From Atribacterota bacterium (GTDB lineage Bacteria > Atribacterota > Phoenicimicrobiia > Phoenicimicrobiales > Stramentimicrobiaceae): a stretch of DNA of 64,000 bases. The DNA is taken from the NCBI GenBank assembly GCA_040767965.1, contig JAXGNR010000004.1, positions 608,001 through 672,000 of the forward strand, given 5' to 3'. Made by a program: the position numbers and the translations under genes. Below are positions 21,407-31,665 of the stretch, in pieces (position 1 is the first letter of the stretch; each line of letters starts with the position of its first letter). The notes below the pieces were generated by a model. That model was given only the letters and a program-made list of their open reading frames with translations. It ran no database searches and was not told the DNA's origin.

Positions 21407-23341
21407 TTATCTTTTTACTTCCTGATAATTGTAAAAAATTATAATGTCTTTTACATGCAGTTCATCCAGCTTATTTATGTTAATACCACATTCATATCCG
21501 GCATGAACTTCTTTTACATCTTCTTTAAATCTCTTTAAAGAAAATTCTTTACCATCATAGATAATATTGTCATCGTGCATTACCCTGATATTATCTTTTA
21601 TAGATATTTTACCTTCAGTTACATAACATCCGGCTACAATTCCAATCTTTGGTATTTTAAATATTTCACGTACCTCAGCTTTGCCATTTACAATTTCTTC
21701 TAATTTTGGTTTTAGGTACCCTTTTAATGCAGCTTTTACTTCATCAAGCAGATCATAAATAATATTATAAGTTCTTACATCTATCTGTTCATTTTTTGCT
21801 ATTTTTTGCGCGTTAGAATCTATGTTTACATTGAATCCTATTACCAGTGCATTTGATGCTGATGCAAGCATAATATCTGTTTCAGAAATAGCACCTATAC
21901 CGTTATGAATTATTTTGATTTCTACTTCTTCATTGCCTAATGGTGAAAGTGAGTTTTGAATAGCATCAAGTGAGCCTTGTGTATCTGCTTTTAATATAAT
22001 GTTAAGTTCTTTTATTTTTCCTTTTAACATTTCATCAAATAAATGGTCTAACGATACTTTTTCCTGTTCCTGTTTCTGCTTTTGATGTTCTTCTTGTTTT
22101 CTTCCTTCAATTATAGTTTTTGCAAAGTGATCATCTGCTACAACCTGAAAGATATCTCCTGCTAAAGGCATTTGATTAAAACCGGCTATTTCTACAGGAG
22201 TTGAGGGACCAACATGCTTTAGGCTACTGCCTTTATCATCCATCATGCTTTTTACTTTTCCGTGTGCAGTTCCGACAACAAAATAATCGCCAATGTCTAA
22301 ATGGCCATCTTGTATTAATACTGTGGCTAAAATTCCTTTTCTTTTATCCAGCTTTGTTTCGATTACAACTCCTGTAGCCGGCAAGTCAGGAGTAACCTGT
22401 AATTCTAGCATTTCAGCTTGTATAGAAATTAATTCTAACAATTCATCAATTCCTTTTCCTTGCAATGCTGATATTTCAGCAACCAGTGTATCGCCTCCCC
22501 AATCTTCAGGGACTAATTGATACTGAGCTAGATCTTTTTTTACTTTATCGACATTTGCATTAGGTTTATCTACCTTGTTGATTGCTACAATTATTGGGAC
22601 CTTAGCTGCTTTGGCATGATTAATTGCTTCCACTGTTTGAGGCATAACTCCATCATCGGCAGCCACAACAAGGACAACAATATCAGTTGCTTTTACACCC
22701 CTGGCTCTCATAGTAGTAAAGGCCTCATGTCCGGGAGTGTCTATAAATACAAATCTGCTATTTTTTACATTTACAACATAAGCACCAATATGCTGAGTAA
22801 TTCCACCTGCTTCTTTTTTTGTAACATTACTCTTTCTTATTACATCAAGCAGAGTTGTTTTCCCATGATCTACGTGGCCTACTATAGTTATAGCCGGTGA
22901 TTTTGTTATTAATGAATAATCTGTTTCTGAATCATTTTTTTTCTTTAATGCTTTTTTTAAATTAGCAGATAATTCTATATCAAAATCATACTTATTGTAG
23001 ATATTTTTTACTATTGACCATGGTATTTCTTTATCAACAGAATGAATACTTCCGTATTTAGATATCTGTTGCATAATCTTTGACAAAGGTATTTTTAATT
23101 GTTTAGATAAGTCTTTTAAATTAGGCATTTTATCTAATGTTATTAATTTTTTACCTTCTTCTTTAGTTTCTGATAAACTGGTATTTTCTTCTGCCAAAGA
23201 TTCTCTAACAATTTCATATGTCTCATCATCCAGAGTGCTCATATGATTTTTTACATTGATACCTTCATTTTTAAGAAACTCAATAAGTTTTTTTGTAGGT
23301 ATCTTTAAATCTTCGGCTACTTCATATACTCTTTTCTTCAT
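21407..23341 (-). CDS. infB: Translation initiation factor IF-2 (short N-terminus)
   Basis: KRVYEVA N-domain, GHVDHGKT, DTPGHEAF, NKVD, SLKRFKEDVKEV. Confidence 0.98.
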   Translation of the reverse strand: MKKRVYEVAEDLKIPTKKLIEFLKNEGINVKNHMSTLDDETYEIVRESLAEENTSLSETKEEGKKLITLDKMPNLKDLSKQLKIPLSKIMQQISKYGSIHSVDKEIPWSIVKNIYNKYDFDIELSANLKKALKKKNDSETDYSLITKSPAITIVGHVDHGKTTLLDVIRKSNVTKKEAGGITQHIGAYVVNVKNSRFVFIDTPGHEAFTTMRARGVKATDIVVLVVAADDGVMPQTVEAINHAKAAKVPIIVAINKVDKPNANVDKVKKDLAQYQLVPEDWGGDTLVAEISALQGKGIDELLELISIQAEMLELQVTPDLPATGVVIETKLDKRKGILATVLIQDGHLDIGDYFVVGTAHGKVKSMMDDKGSSLKHVGPSTPVEIAGFNQMPLAGDIFQVVADDHFAKTIIEGRKQEEHQKQKQEQEKVSLDHLFDEMLKGKIKELNIILKADTQGSLDAIQNSLSPLGNEEVEIKIIHNGIGAISETDIMLASASNALVIGFNVNIDSNAQKIAKNEQIDVRTYNIIYDLLDEVKAALKGYLKPKLEEIVNGKAEVREIFKIPKIGIVAGCYVTEGKISIKDNIRVMHDDNIIYDGKEFSLKRFKEDVKEVHAGYECGININKLDELHVKDIIIFYNYQEVKR

Positions 23342-23418
23342 AATTGCCGACCTCCATCTAAACCGGAATCATTACCCATGCTCAGGTTTTATTATATTAA
23401 TATTTTAAAAGAAATAAA

Positions 23419-23709
23419 TCAATTATCGTTATTTTTGTTTTTTTCTAGTTCAAGTTTTTCTGCTAATTGATTAAGAACATCAGGAGAAATTTCTATTTCT
23501 AAAGCTTTAAATAGTTTCTTTCCACTGATAGCCTTCTTAAAACACTCAATATTATAACATATATAAGCGCCCCTTCCTGATTTCTTGCCTGTTTCATCTA
23601 ATTCTATTTTATTGTCAGGGGTTCTTATAATTCTTATTAAATATTTTTTTGGTTTTTTTTCTAAACAACCAACACATGTCCTGTGTGGTATTTTTTTTAA
23701 CTGTTTCAT
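23419..23709 (-). CDS. ylxR: YlxR/DUF448 family RNA-binding protein
   Basis: PHRTCVGC, GKKSGRGAYIC; downstream of nusA. Confidence 0.93.
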   Translation of the reverse strand: MKQLKKIPHRTCVGCLEKKPKKYLIRIIRTPDNKIELDETGKKSGRGAYICYNIECFKKAISGKKLFKALEIEISPDVLNQLAEKLELEKNKNNDN

Positions 23710-23765
23710 TTTATAATTATTTTATTTTTTCAAATTTTAATTTAAGTAGCAAATAATTTAATAAA

Positions 23766-24839
23766 TCAATTGGTATTATCTTCTATGTTATTTTCTTTCT
23801 TAGATTGTGATTCACTTTTTATATCAATTTTCCAACCAGTTAATCTGGCAGCCAATCTGGCATTTTGTCCTTCTTTACCAATAGAAAGAGATAATTGCTG
23901 ATCTTCCACAATTACCAGTGCTCTTTTTTCTTTTTCATACAATTTAACCATTAAGACTTTAGCCGGATTTAAAGAGTTGGCAATAAATATTTTATCATCT
24001 TCGTGCCATTTTATAATATCAATTTTTTCATCTTGCAATTCTGTCATAATAGATTTAATTCTGGCCCCCCGGTCACCAATACACGAGCCAATCGAATCAA
24101 CCATATTTTCTCTGCTATCTACAGCAATTTTAGATCTTTTTCCGGCTTCTCTGGCAATTCCCTTAATCTCAACTAATCCTTCATGTATTTCAGGTACTTC
24201 AAGTTCAAATAGTCTTTTCAGTAAATCAGGGTGTGTTCTGGACAAAATTATTCTTGGTCCTTTTGAAGTCTTTTTAACTTCTACAACATAAAATTTCATT
24301 CTGCTGCCTTTTCTATAAGATTCAGTTCTTACCTGTTCATTAGGAGGTAAAACAGCTTCTGCTTTACCCAGATCAACTATCATATTAAGATTTTCTTGCC
24401 TTTGAATTATTCCTGTTACGATATCTTTTACTTTATCAATATATCTTTCATAAATAGCTTTTCTCTCAGCTTCTCTTATTTTTTGTACAATAACCTGTTT
24501 AGCAGTTTGGGTGGCAATTCTACCAAAGTCTTTTGGAGTAATTTCTATATTTACTTCATCTCCTATTACTATATTGTCATGATTTTTTGAAGCTTCTTCT
24601 ATACTTATTTCTAATGAGTTATTTTTAATATTTTCTACAACTGTTTTTTTGGTAAAAACCTGTACCTTACCCGAATCTTTATTAAAGAGAATGTCCACAT
24701 TGCCTTTACCCTGAGAAAAATTTTTTTTATATGCAGAAACAAGGGATGTTTCAATTGTATTGATCAATATTTCTTTTGAAATACCCTTTTCTTTTTCTAT
24801 TTCATCTAATACTTTGATTAAATTAATATTCATTTCCAT
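23766..24839 (-). CDS. nusA: Transcription termination factor NusA
   Basis: FGRIATQTAKQV, S1 and KH domains, IGKEGQNARLAARLTGWKIDI. Confidence 0.98.
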   Translation of the reverse strand: MEMNINLIKVLDEIEKEKGISKEILINTIETSLVSAYKKNFSQGKGNVDILFNKDSGKVQVFTKKTVVENIKNNSLEISIEEASKNHDNIVIGDEVNIEITPKDFGRIATQTAKQVIVQKIREAERKAIYERYIDKVKDIVTGIIQRQENLNMIVDLGKAEAVLPPNEQVRTESYRKGSRMKFYVVEVKKTSKGPRIILSRTHPDLLKRLFELEVPEIHEGLVEIKGIAREAGKRSKIAVDSRENMVDSIGSCIGDRGARIKSIMTELQDEKIDIIKWHEDDKIFIANSLNPAKVLMVKLYEKEKRALVIVEDQQLSLSIGKEGQNARLAARLTGWKIDIKSESQSKKENNIEDNTN

Positions 24840-24919
24840 AGCTTAACCTTTTAACTCCTCACTATATATTTTGGGAATTAATAACAAGGAAAATAATATA
24901 ATTATCAAAATTACAAAAC

Positions 24920-24947
24920 AAAAGAGTGGTTTATAAACCACTCTTTT
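24920..24947 (-). promoter_or_regulatory. rimP-leader-like attenuator hairpin ahead of nusA
   Basis: Perfect 28-bp palindrome AAAAGAGTGGTTTA/TAAACCACTCTTTT followed by a U-rich tail on the minus strand, about 25 nt downstream of an extended -10 (TGtTATAAT, 24980-24972). Confidence 0.7.
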
Positions 24948-25101
24948 CCCAAAATTTTTTGATTTGACTATATTATAACATATAAAAAAAAATTATTAAA
25001 GCATAGGGGAAATTAATAATTTTTTAAATCTATCTAAAAATAAGTATATCATATATCATTCCAATATTGTATAGTATAAATTTAAACAATGAACATTTTT
25101 A

Positions 25102-26418
25102 TTATATTATTCTTCCGGAAAATTGATTATTTTTAATATCTTCTAATACAACTTTTTTTAGTTGACCTTTTATTAAATTGATATCATTTAAACATACCCT
25201 GATATAATTATCTGTCAGCCCGTAAGATTCATTTTTTTGCACATTAATAAATTCTATCAGGATATTTTTTTCTTTTCCGATATTTTTTTGTAAAAAATTA
25301 ATAGTTAAGTCTTTTGCTAATTTATTTAATTTTTTTATTCTTTCTTTTACAACAGAACAAGAAGGAATCTTATCTGGTAAATATGCAGAAAGACTCTTAT
25401 TTCTTGTAGAATAAGGGAAGATATGTATTTTTGCAAAGCCGATTTTTTTTATTAATTCATAAGTATTTAAAAATGCTGAATCATCTTCCCCTGGGAAACC
25501 TACGATTACATCTGTAGTGATTGAAATATCAGGGATATTTTTTTGCAAAGTTTTAACCTTTTCCAAAAAATGAGATCCATTATATTTTCTATTCATTATA
25601 GATAGAATGTTATCATCTCCACTTTGTAAAGGAATATGTAAATGGTGACAGCATTTTTGTGAATCGGATAAAGTCTCAATCAATTCATTTGTTACCCATG
25701 GCAATTCTATAGAACTTAATCTAATTCTGCTTATTGGGGTGCTTTTTTCAATATTTTTTATTATTTTTGACAAATTTATTTTTTGATTCAATAAATCATC
25801 GCCATAACTGCCCAGATTTATTCCTAATAATACTATTTCTTGATAATTTTCAAGGGATAATTGTTTAATTTCCTTAATTATATCTTCAGGTAACCTGCTT
25901 CTCGCCTTGCCTCTGAGGTAAGGAATAATGCAATAGCTACAAAACTGATTGCAACCATCTTGGATTTTCATTAACGCTCTAACATTTTCAGTAATGCTAT
26001 TGTATGGATTATTTTTATATTCCCTTAGACTGGTAATTGGTTTTACATAAATTTCATTCTGATCTTTTTTTATACCAGTATTTTTTAAAATAGAAAAGAT
26101 ATCTTCTTTGTAATAATTACCAATAATGGCAAGATTAGGATTGTTAATATTTTTTATTTCTTTAAGATTAGATTCAACACAGCATCCAGTTACTATAATT
26201 TTAGCAGATGGATTAGTCCGGGAGGCTTTTCTTATCATTTGTTTTGATTTTCGCTCTGCTTCTCCAGTTACAGCACAGGTATTAATAATATACAGATCAG
26301 CTTTACTGTTAAAATCAGTTAGCTGATAACCATTTTTTTCAAAAGATTTTTTTATGCTTCCTGTTTCATACTGATTTACTTTGCATCCTAAAGTTTTAAA
26401 GGCCACTTTTTTATTCAT
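25102..26418 (-). CDS. mtaB: tRNA t6A37 methylthiotransferase
   Basis: TLGCKVNQYE, KIQDGCNQFCSYC, RIRLSSIE, HIFPYS; downstream of dnaJ. Confidence 0.95.
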   Translation of the reverse strand: MNKKVAFKTLGCKVNQYETGSIKKSFEKNGYQLTDFNSKADLYIINTCAVTGEAERKSKQMIRKASRTNPSAKIIVTGCCVESNLKEIKNINNPNLAIIGNYYKEDIFSILKNTGIKKDQNEIYVKPITSLREYKNNPYNSITENVRALMKIQDGCNQFCSYCIIPYLRGKARSRLPEDIIKEIKQLSLENYQEIVLLGINLGSYGDDLLNQKINLSKIIKNIEKSTPISRIRLSSIELPWVTNELIETLSDSQKCCHHLHIPLQSGDDNILSIMNRKYNGSHFLEKVKTLQKNIPDISITTDVIVGFPGEDDSAFLNTYELIKKIGFAKIHIFPYSTRNKSLSAYLPDKIPSCSVVKERIKKLNKLAKDLTINFLQKNIGKEKNILIEFINVQKNESYGLTDNYIRVCLNDINLIKGQLKKVVLEDIKNNQFSGRII

Positions 26419-26426
26419 AAAATATT

Positions 26427-27587
26427 TTATTTATTTTTAGTAAAGGTTTCTTTTACTTTTTCAAAAATATTTTTTTCCCCAATTTTTTCAATATTTTCTC
26501 CTGTTTCCTGAGCAAAATCATAAATTAATTTTTTTGCTTTTTGAGTTAAATTTTTTGGGATATCAACAATAATTTTAACATGCTCATCACCCCTTAATTT
26601 GCTTCCAAGCTTGTAGGCTCCTTTATTTCTTAAACGGAATACAGTATTGTTTTGGGTTCCGGAAGGTATTTTCATCTTGACATTGCCATCCAATGTTGGA
26701 ATAGTTGCCTCTCCTCCCAAAATTGCCTTAGGAACACTTATTTTATGCTCAACATATATATCTGCACCATTTCGTTTAAAAACAGGATGTTCTTTTACAT
26801 TTAAAATTATATATAGATCTCCAGCCGGACCGCCATTTTCTCCAGGTTGCCCCATACCAGCAAGTCTCAATTGATGCCCTGTTTCAACCCCTGCTAATAT
26901 TTTAACAGTAATTCTTTTCCTTTTTTTAACTTTGCCAGCGCCTTGACATGTTTTACAAGGAGTATCAATAATTTGACCGGACCCTTTACATCTCGGGCAG
27001 GCTTGGATATTAATAGATTGTCCAAAAAAGGTGTTTTGGGTCATTCTTATTTCCCCTGTACCATTACAATCTGGACAGGTTCTTTTTGATGTTCCCGGTT
27101 CAGAACCACTTCCCTGACAGTTACTACAGTTTTGCCAGCTGGGAATGTCAATCTTTTTTTCTGCTCCAAAAGCTGCTTCTTTTAGTTCTACTTCCAGGTT
27201 GTATCTGAGACTGGCTCCTTTCTGAGCCCTGTTACGCTGATAAGATCTTCGTGAACTTCCTCCTCCAAAAAATGATTCAAAAATATCGCTAAAGCTACCA
27301 AAATCATCCGATCCCTCACCATAAAAATTCCTAAAATCAAAACCACCAGCACCATTACCTGTAGGATCAGCCGTTCCAAATTGATCGTATTTCGATCTCT
27401 TTTCCGGGTCACTCAAAATGGCGTAAGCTTCTCCTATTTCTTTAAACTTTTTTTCAGCCTCTTCCTTATTGTTAGGATTTGCATCTGGATGATATTTCAA
27501 AGCCAATTTTCGATATGATTTTTTTATTTCTTCCTGGGAAGCTTCCTTGCTAACCCCAAGAGTCTGGTAATAATCTTTATTAGCCAC
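26427..27587 (-). CDS. dnaJ: Chaperone DnaJ
   Basis: J domain with HPD, G/F-rich region, four CxxCxGxG repeats; GTG start. Confidence 0.98.
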   Translation of the reverse strand: MANKDYYQTLGVSKEASQEEIKKSYRKLALKYHPDANPNNKEEAEKKFKEIGEAYAILSDPEKRSKYDQFGTADPTGNGAGGFDFRNFYGEGSDDFGSFSDIFESFFGGGSSRRSYQRNRAQKGASLRYNLEVELKEAAFGAEKKIDIPSWQNCSNCQGSGSEPGTSKRTCPDCNGTGEIRMTQNTFFGQSINIQACPRCKGSGQIIDTPCKTCQGAGKVKKRKRITVKILAGVETGHQLRLAGMGQPGENGGPAGDLYIILNVKEHPVFKRNGADIYVEHKISVPKAILGGEATIPTLDGNVKMKIPSGTQNNTVFRLRNKGAYKLGSKLRGDEHVKIIVDIPKNLTQKAKKLIYDFAQETGENIEKIGEKNIFEKVKETFTKNK

Positions 27588-27642
27588 TACAAAAACCTCT
27601 TCTAGTTCAATTTATCCTTATTTCTATATATTTTAAGTTAAA

Positions 27643-27693
27643 AGATTTGTCAAATCGCCAGAATTTATAATAGACTGGCAATTTGACAAATCT
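27643..27693 (-). terminator. Long stem-loop between dnaK and dnaJ
   Basis: AGATTTGTCAAATTGCCAG - 13-nt loop - CTGGCGATTTGACAAATCT on the minus strand (19 bp including one G-U), short U tail. Confidence 0.7.
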
Positions 27694-27707
27694 AACAATA
27701 TGATTAT

Positions 27708-29669
27708 TTATTTTTTGTTATTATTATCATTGTCTTCTTTATATTCAGCATCATACACTTTTTCTTCATGCTGGCTACCTTTTGACTGCTCTTCTTCTTG
27801 AGATTGCCCATCAGAGTAATTATTTTGGCCAGCATCATTTCCAGCTTGTTGTTCTTTGTCAGTCGAAGATTGTTTATACATTTCCTCTGCAAGTTTATAA
27901 GATGAATTTGTAAGTTTTTCGATTCCGGTTTTCATTTCATCTATATTATCTTCCTGCATTGCTTTTCTTAGCTGACTGATATTTTCATTCAGTTCATTTT
28001 TTGTAACTTCATTTATTTTATCACCAGCATCTTTAATAGTTTTTTCAGTTGAATATATAAGAGTATCAGCCTGGTTATGTAATTCTATCTTCTCTTTCTG
28101 TTTTTTATCTTCTTCTGCATATTGTTCAGCTTCTTTTATTTTTTTCTGAATTTCTTCTTCAGATAAGCCGCTGGAATGGTTAATTGTTATTTTTTGTTCT
28201 TTACCAGTCCCCTTGTCTTTAGCTTTAACATTTAAAATTCCGTTAGCATCAATGTCAAAAGAAACTTCAATTTGCGGTAATCCTCTAGGAGCAGATGGGA
28301 TACCAACAAGTTGAAATCTGCCTAAACTAATATTATCTTTTGCCATTGGCCGTTCTCCCTGGAGAACATTTATATCAACTGCAGTCTGATTGTCTGCAGC
28401 AGTTGAAAATATTTGCTGTCGGGATGCAGGGATAGTGGTATTTTTTTCTATTAATTTAGTAAACACACCACCTAATGTTTCAATACCCAGGGAAAGCGGA
28501 GTTACATCTAGTAACTGGATATCTTTAACGTCTCCTTTAAGTTTTCCGGCCTGTATGGCAGCCCCCATGGCAACAACTTCATCTGGATTTACCCCTTTGT
28601 GGGGGTCTTTTCCGAATATTTTTTTAACTATTTCATGGACTTTAGGCATTCTGGTTTGTCCGCCCACCAGAATTACTTCATCTATGTCATCAGCGGATAA
28701 TTTTGCATCTTCTAAAGCTTTTTGGCATGGGCCAATAGTTCTCTCTAAAAGATCATCAATAAGCTGTTCAAGTTTAGATCTTGTCAATGTATAGTTTAAA
28801 TGCTTTGGACCACTTGAATCAGCAGTTATAAATGGCAAATTAATATCGGTTTCCACTGATGATGACAATTCACATTTTGCTTTTTCAGCAGCCTCTTTTA
28901 ATCTTTGTAATGCCATCTGGTCATTGCTTAAATCTATTCCTTGATCTTTTTTAAAATTGTCAATTAACCAATTAATAACACGTTGATCAAAATCATCACC
29001 ACCAAGAAAAGTATCACCATTAGTAGATTTTACTTCAAAAATACCATCACCGATATCAAGTATAGAAATATCAAAAGTTCCTCCACCAAGGTCAAAAACT
29101 GCTATTTTCTCACTTTTTTTCTTATCTAAACCATATGCCAACGAAGCAGCGGTAGGTTCATTTATAATTCTGAGAACATTCAAACCCGCGATACGCCCAG
29201 CTGCTTTAGTTGCCTCTCTTTGATTATCATTAAAATAAGCTGGCACAGTGATAACAGCTTCAGTTATTTCTTCACCTAAATGGTCTTCTGCTGATTGTTT
29301 TAGTCTTTGTAAGATCATTGCTGAAATTTCTTCAGGGCTGTATTTTTTGTCTTTGGCCTGAATCATTACTTTGTCATTCTCTCCATCTGTAATATCGTAG
29401 GAAAGCACTTTCTTAATTTCCTGTACTTCAGCATCATTGTATCTTCTGCCAATAAATCTTTTTACAGAATAGATGGTATTTTTAGAATTAGTAACAGCCT
29501 GTCTTTTAGCCAACAGACCAACTAATCTTTCACCTTTTTTGCTAAAAGCGACCACTGAGGGAGTTGTTCTGCTCCCTTCTTTATTTTCTATAACAACAGG
29601 TTGTCCACCTTCCATAACAGCGACAACCGAATTTGTAGTACCTAAGTCTATACCAATTGCTCTAGCCAT
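27708..29669 (-). CDS. dnaK: Chaperone DnaK
   Basis: [28 protein letters not shown]; start at ATG 29669 behind SD AAGGAGG. Confidence 0.99.
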   Translation of the reverse strand: MARAIGIDLGTTNSVVAVMEGGQPVVIENKEGSRTTPSVVAFSKKGERLVGLLAKRQAVTNSKNTIYSVKRFIGRRYNDAEVQEIKKVLSYDITDGENDKVMIQAKDKKYSPEEISAMILQRLKQSAEDHLGEEITEAVITVPAYFNDNQREATKAAGRIAGLNVLRIINEPTAASLAYGLDKKKSEKIAVFDLGGGTFDISILDIGDGIFEVKSTNGDTFLGGDDFDQRVINWLIDNFKKDQGIDLSNDQMALQRLKEAAEKAKCELSSSVETDINLPFITADSSGPKHLNYTLTRSKLEQLIDDLLERTIGPCQKALEDAKLSADDIDEVILVGGQTRMPKVHEIVKKIFGKDPHKGVNPDEVVAMGAAIQAGKLKGDVKDIQLLDVTPLSLGIETLGGVFTKLIEKNTTIPASRQQIFSTAADNQTAVDINVLQGERPMAKDNISLGRFQLVGIPSAPRGLPQIEVSFDIDANGILNVKAKDKGTGKEQKITINHSSGLSEEEIQKKIKEAEQYAEEDKKQKEKIELHNQADTLIYSTEKTIKDAGDKINEVTKNELNENISQLRKAMQEDNIDEMKTGIEKLTNSSYKLAEEMYKQSSTDKEQQAGNDAGQNNYSDGQSQEEEQSKGSQHEEKVYDAEYKEDNDNNNKK

Positions 29670-29759
29670 ATTTGAATCCTCCTTATATATCATTAAGATT
29701 ATATCAACATAATTTATCTTAATTATTTCTTTTTCTTTATTTTATTTATAATTTATTTG

Positions 29760-30377
29760 CTATTTACATTTTTTTGAAACTTTTACAGTTGCAGGTCTTA
29801 TAACGTTTGTTTTAAGATAGTATCCCTTGTTAAGTTCCTCAACAACAGTATCTTCAGGATAATCATCTGACTCTACTTGCATGATTGCTTCATGGCAAAA
29901 AGGATCAAACTTTTCTCCAACAGCTTCTATTGGCTTTAAGCCTTCTTTGTTAAGTATTTTATGAAGACTGTTTAAAATGTTTTCAATACCTTCCCTAATG
30001 GACTCTTCCTTATTACGGCTATCCTTTGAGTAAGAAACAGCCCTTTCCAGATTATCTATTACTGATAGAAGCTGACATATTAAATCTTTGTTTGCATATT
30101 CAATGTATTCCTTTTTTTTCTTTTCTTCCCTTTTTTTGTAATTATCAAAGTCAGCTTGCATTCTAATTAATTGATTTTTGTAAATATTGGCATCATTTTC
30201 AACAATGTTTAGTTTTTCTTCAATCTTTTCAATATCTTTTTTATATTGCATTATTTCTTTATCTTTTTCCATTATTTTTTCAATAAGGCAATTTTTTTTG
30301 ATGTTTTTATAATATTCTTTTTTTTCTCCTGCTTGTTCTTTTTCGTGAATATTTTCTGTGTTTTTGCAATTATCCAT
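29760..30377 (-). CDS. grpE: Nucleotide exchange factor GrpE
   Basis: RMQADFDNYKKR, DNLERA, FDPFCHEA, IRPATVKV; start at 30377 (SD GGGGG) or 30410. Confidence 0.96.
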   Translation of the reverse strand: MDNCKNTENIHEKEQAGEKKEYYKNIKKNCLIEKIMEKDKEIMQYKKDIEKIEEKLNIVENDANIYKNQLIRMQADFDNYKKREEKKKKEYIEYANKDLICQLLSVIDNLERAVSYSKDSRNKEESIREGIENILNSLHKILNKEGLKPIEAVGEKFDPFCHEAIMQVESDDYPEDTVVEELNKGYYLKTNVIRPATVKVSKKCK

Positions 30378-30420
30378 ATTCAACCCCCTTTGGTTCTTAA
30401 TGCTCTCCATTATAAAAAAA

Positions 30421-31449
30421 TTATTCAGACAGTATTTTACTTAATCGATTTGCTATAAAATCTAATATAGATATTGCTTTAGGGTAATTTATTCTAGTTG
30501 GTCCTAAAACGCTTATTGCCCCCATTGGTTTACCTTTTATTGTATATTGTCTTGTTATCACACTGCAATCCTGCATACTTTCTTTACCAAATTCACTGCC
30601 GATAACTATATCATATTGTTTTGACAAGAAAGACTTTTTAATGATTTGAATGAGGTTTTTTTCTTCTTCAATAAAGTCAAAAAGATAGTTTAATCTTTCA
30701 ATTTCTTTAAATTCAGGTTGTTTTACTATATAGCAACGATTACCTAAAAAGATATTTTCCTCATCGTCATGAAAATCAAGGCAATCTTCAATCAGTTTCC
30801 AGATTGATTCCATGGTCCGGTATTTAAAATAATACTGGTAAATCTTTTCCAACATTTCATCATTCACTACTTCCAAGCTTTTGCCGTAAAACTCCTTTTT
30901 TATTATTTTTTCAATGGTATCTAAATTATCTTCTGAAATATCATGAGTTATGTTCATAATTTTTTGATAAAATAATCCGCTATCAGTGATAATAGTAATC
31001 AGGATTCTGTTATTATTTAATAATATAAAACGGATATCCCTCAAAGTATCACTTGCCATATTAGGAGCAAGAACAACTCCTAAGTTGTTAGTTAATTTTG
31101 ATATTAATTTTGAAGTTATCCTCATAATCTCATTAAATTCTTTTTTTATTTTATAATTTTCATTTATTTCCTTTTTAATTGATTTATTAAGATCATAAAT
31201 ATTTTTACTCATTAAGTTATCTACATAAAATCTATATCCTTTATCGGTTGGTATCCGACCAGCTGATGTGTGAGGTTTTTTCAAATAACCCATTTTTTCC
31301 AATGACAACATATCATGACGTATTGTTGCTGAACTTACATTTAAACCATAATCTTTTACGATTACTTCTGAGCTTATAGGTTCAGCAGTTGTTATATAGC
31401 TATACACTACTGCATTTAAAATAGATTTCATTCTATCATTTGTTATCAT
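30421..31449 (-). CDS. hrcA: Heat-inducible transcription repressor HrcA
   Basis: SSATIRHDM, PHTSAGRIPTDKGYRFYVD, LGPTRINY; CIRCE upstream. Confidence 0.97.
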   Translation of the reverse strand: MITNDRMKSILNAVVYSYITTAEPISSEVIVKDYGLNVSSATIRHDMLSLEKMGYLKKPHTSAGRIPTDKGYRFYVDNLMSKNIYDLNKSIKKEINENYKIKKEFNEIMRITSKLISKLTNNLGVVLAPNMASDTLRDIRFILLNNNRILITIITDSGLFYQKIMNITHDISEDNLDTIEKIIKKEFYGKSLEVVNDEMLEKIYQYYFKYRTMESIWKLIEDCLDFHDDEENIFLGNRCYIVKQPEFKEIERLNYLFDFIEEEKNLIQIIKKSFLSKQYDIVIGSEFGKESMQDCSVITRQYTIKGKPMGAISVLGPTRINYPKAISILDFIANRLSKILSE

Positions 31450-31563
31450 AATTATCACCTGGATATGTGGTGAATATTTATCTTTCTCGCAACTTATGCA
31501 TTAAAACACATATCGATTAATTTAATAATTTAGTATTGTTTTTATAATTTAATTTTTAAACAA

Positions 31564-31590
31564 TTAGCACTCTTGCTGTGAGAGTGCTAA
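31564..31590. promoter_or_regulatory. CIRCE operator (HrcA binding site)
   Basis: Exact consensus TTAGCACTC-N9-GAGTGCTAA. Confidence 0.98.
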
Positions 31591-31600
31591 TCACTAAAAT

Positions 31601-31629
31601 AAGATAACACTTACTTATATTTTTGTCAA
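31601..31629 (-). promoter_or_regulatory. Sigma70-type promoter of the hrcA operon
   Basis: TTGACA (31629-31624), 17-nt spacer, TATCTT (31606-31601) with extended TG; directly upstream of CIRCE. Confidence 0.8.
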
Positions 31630-31665
31630 GAGTTGTTTGTGCAAATGAATATCTATTAAAAAATT

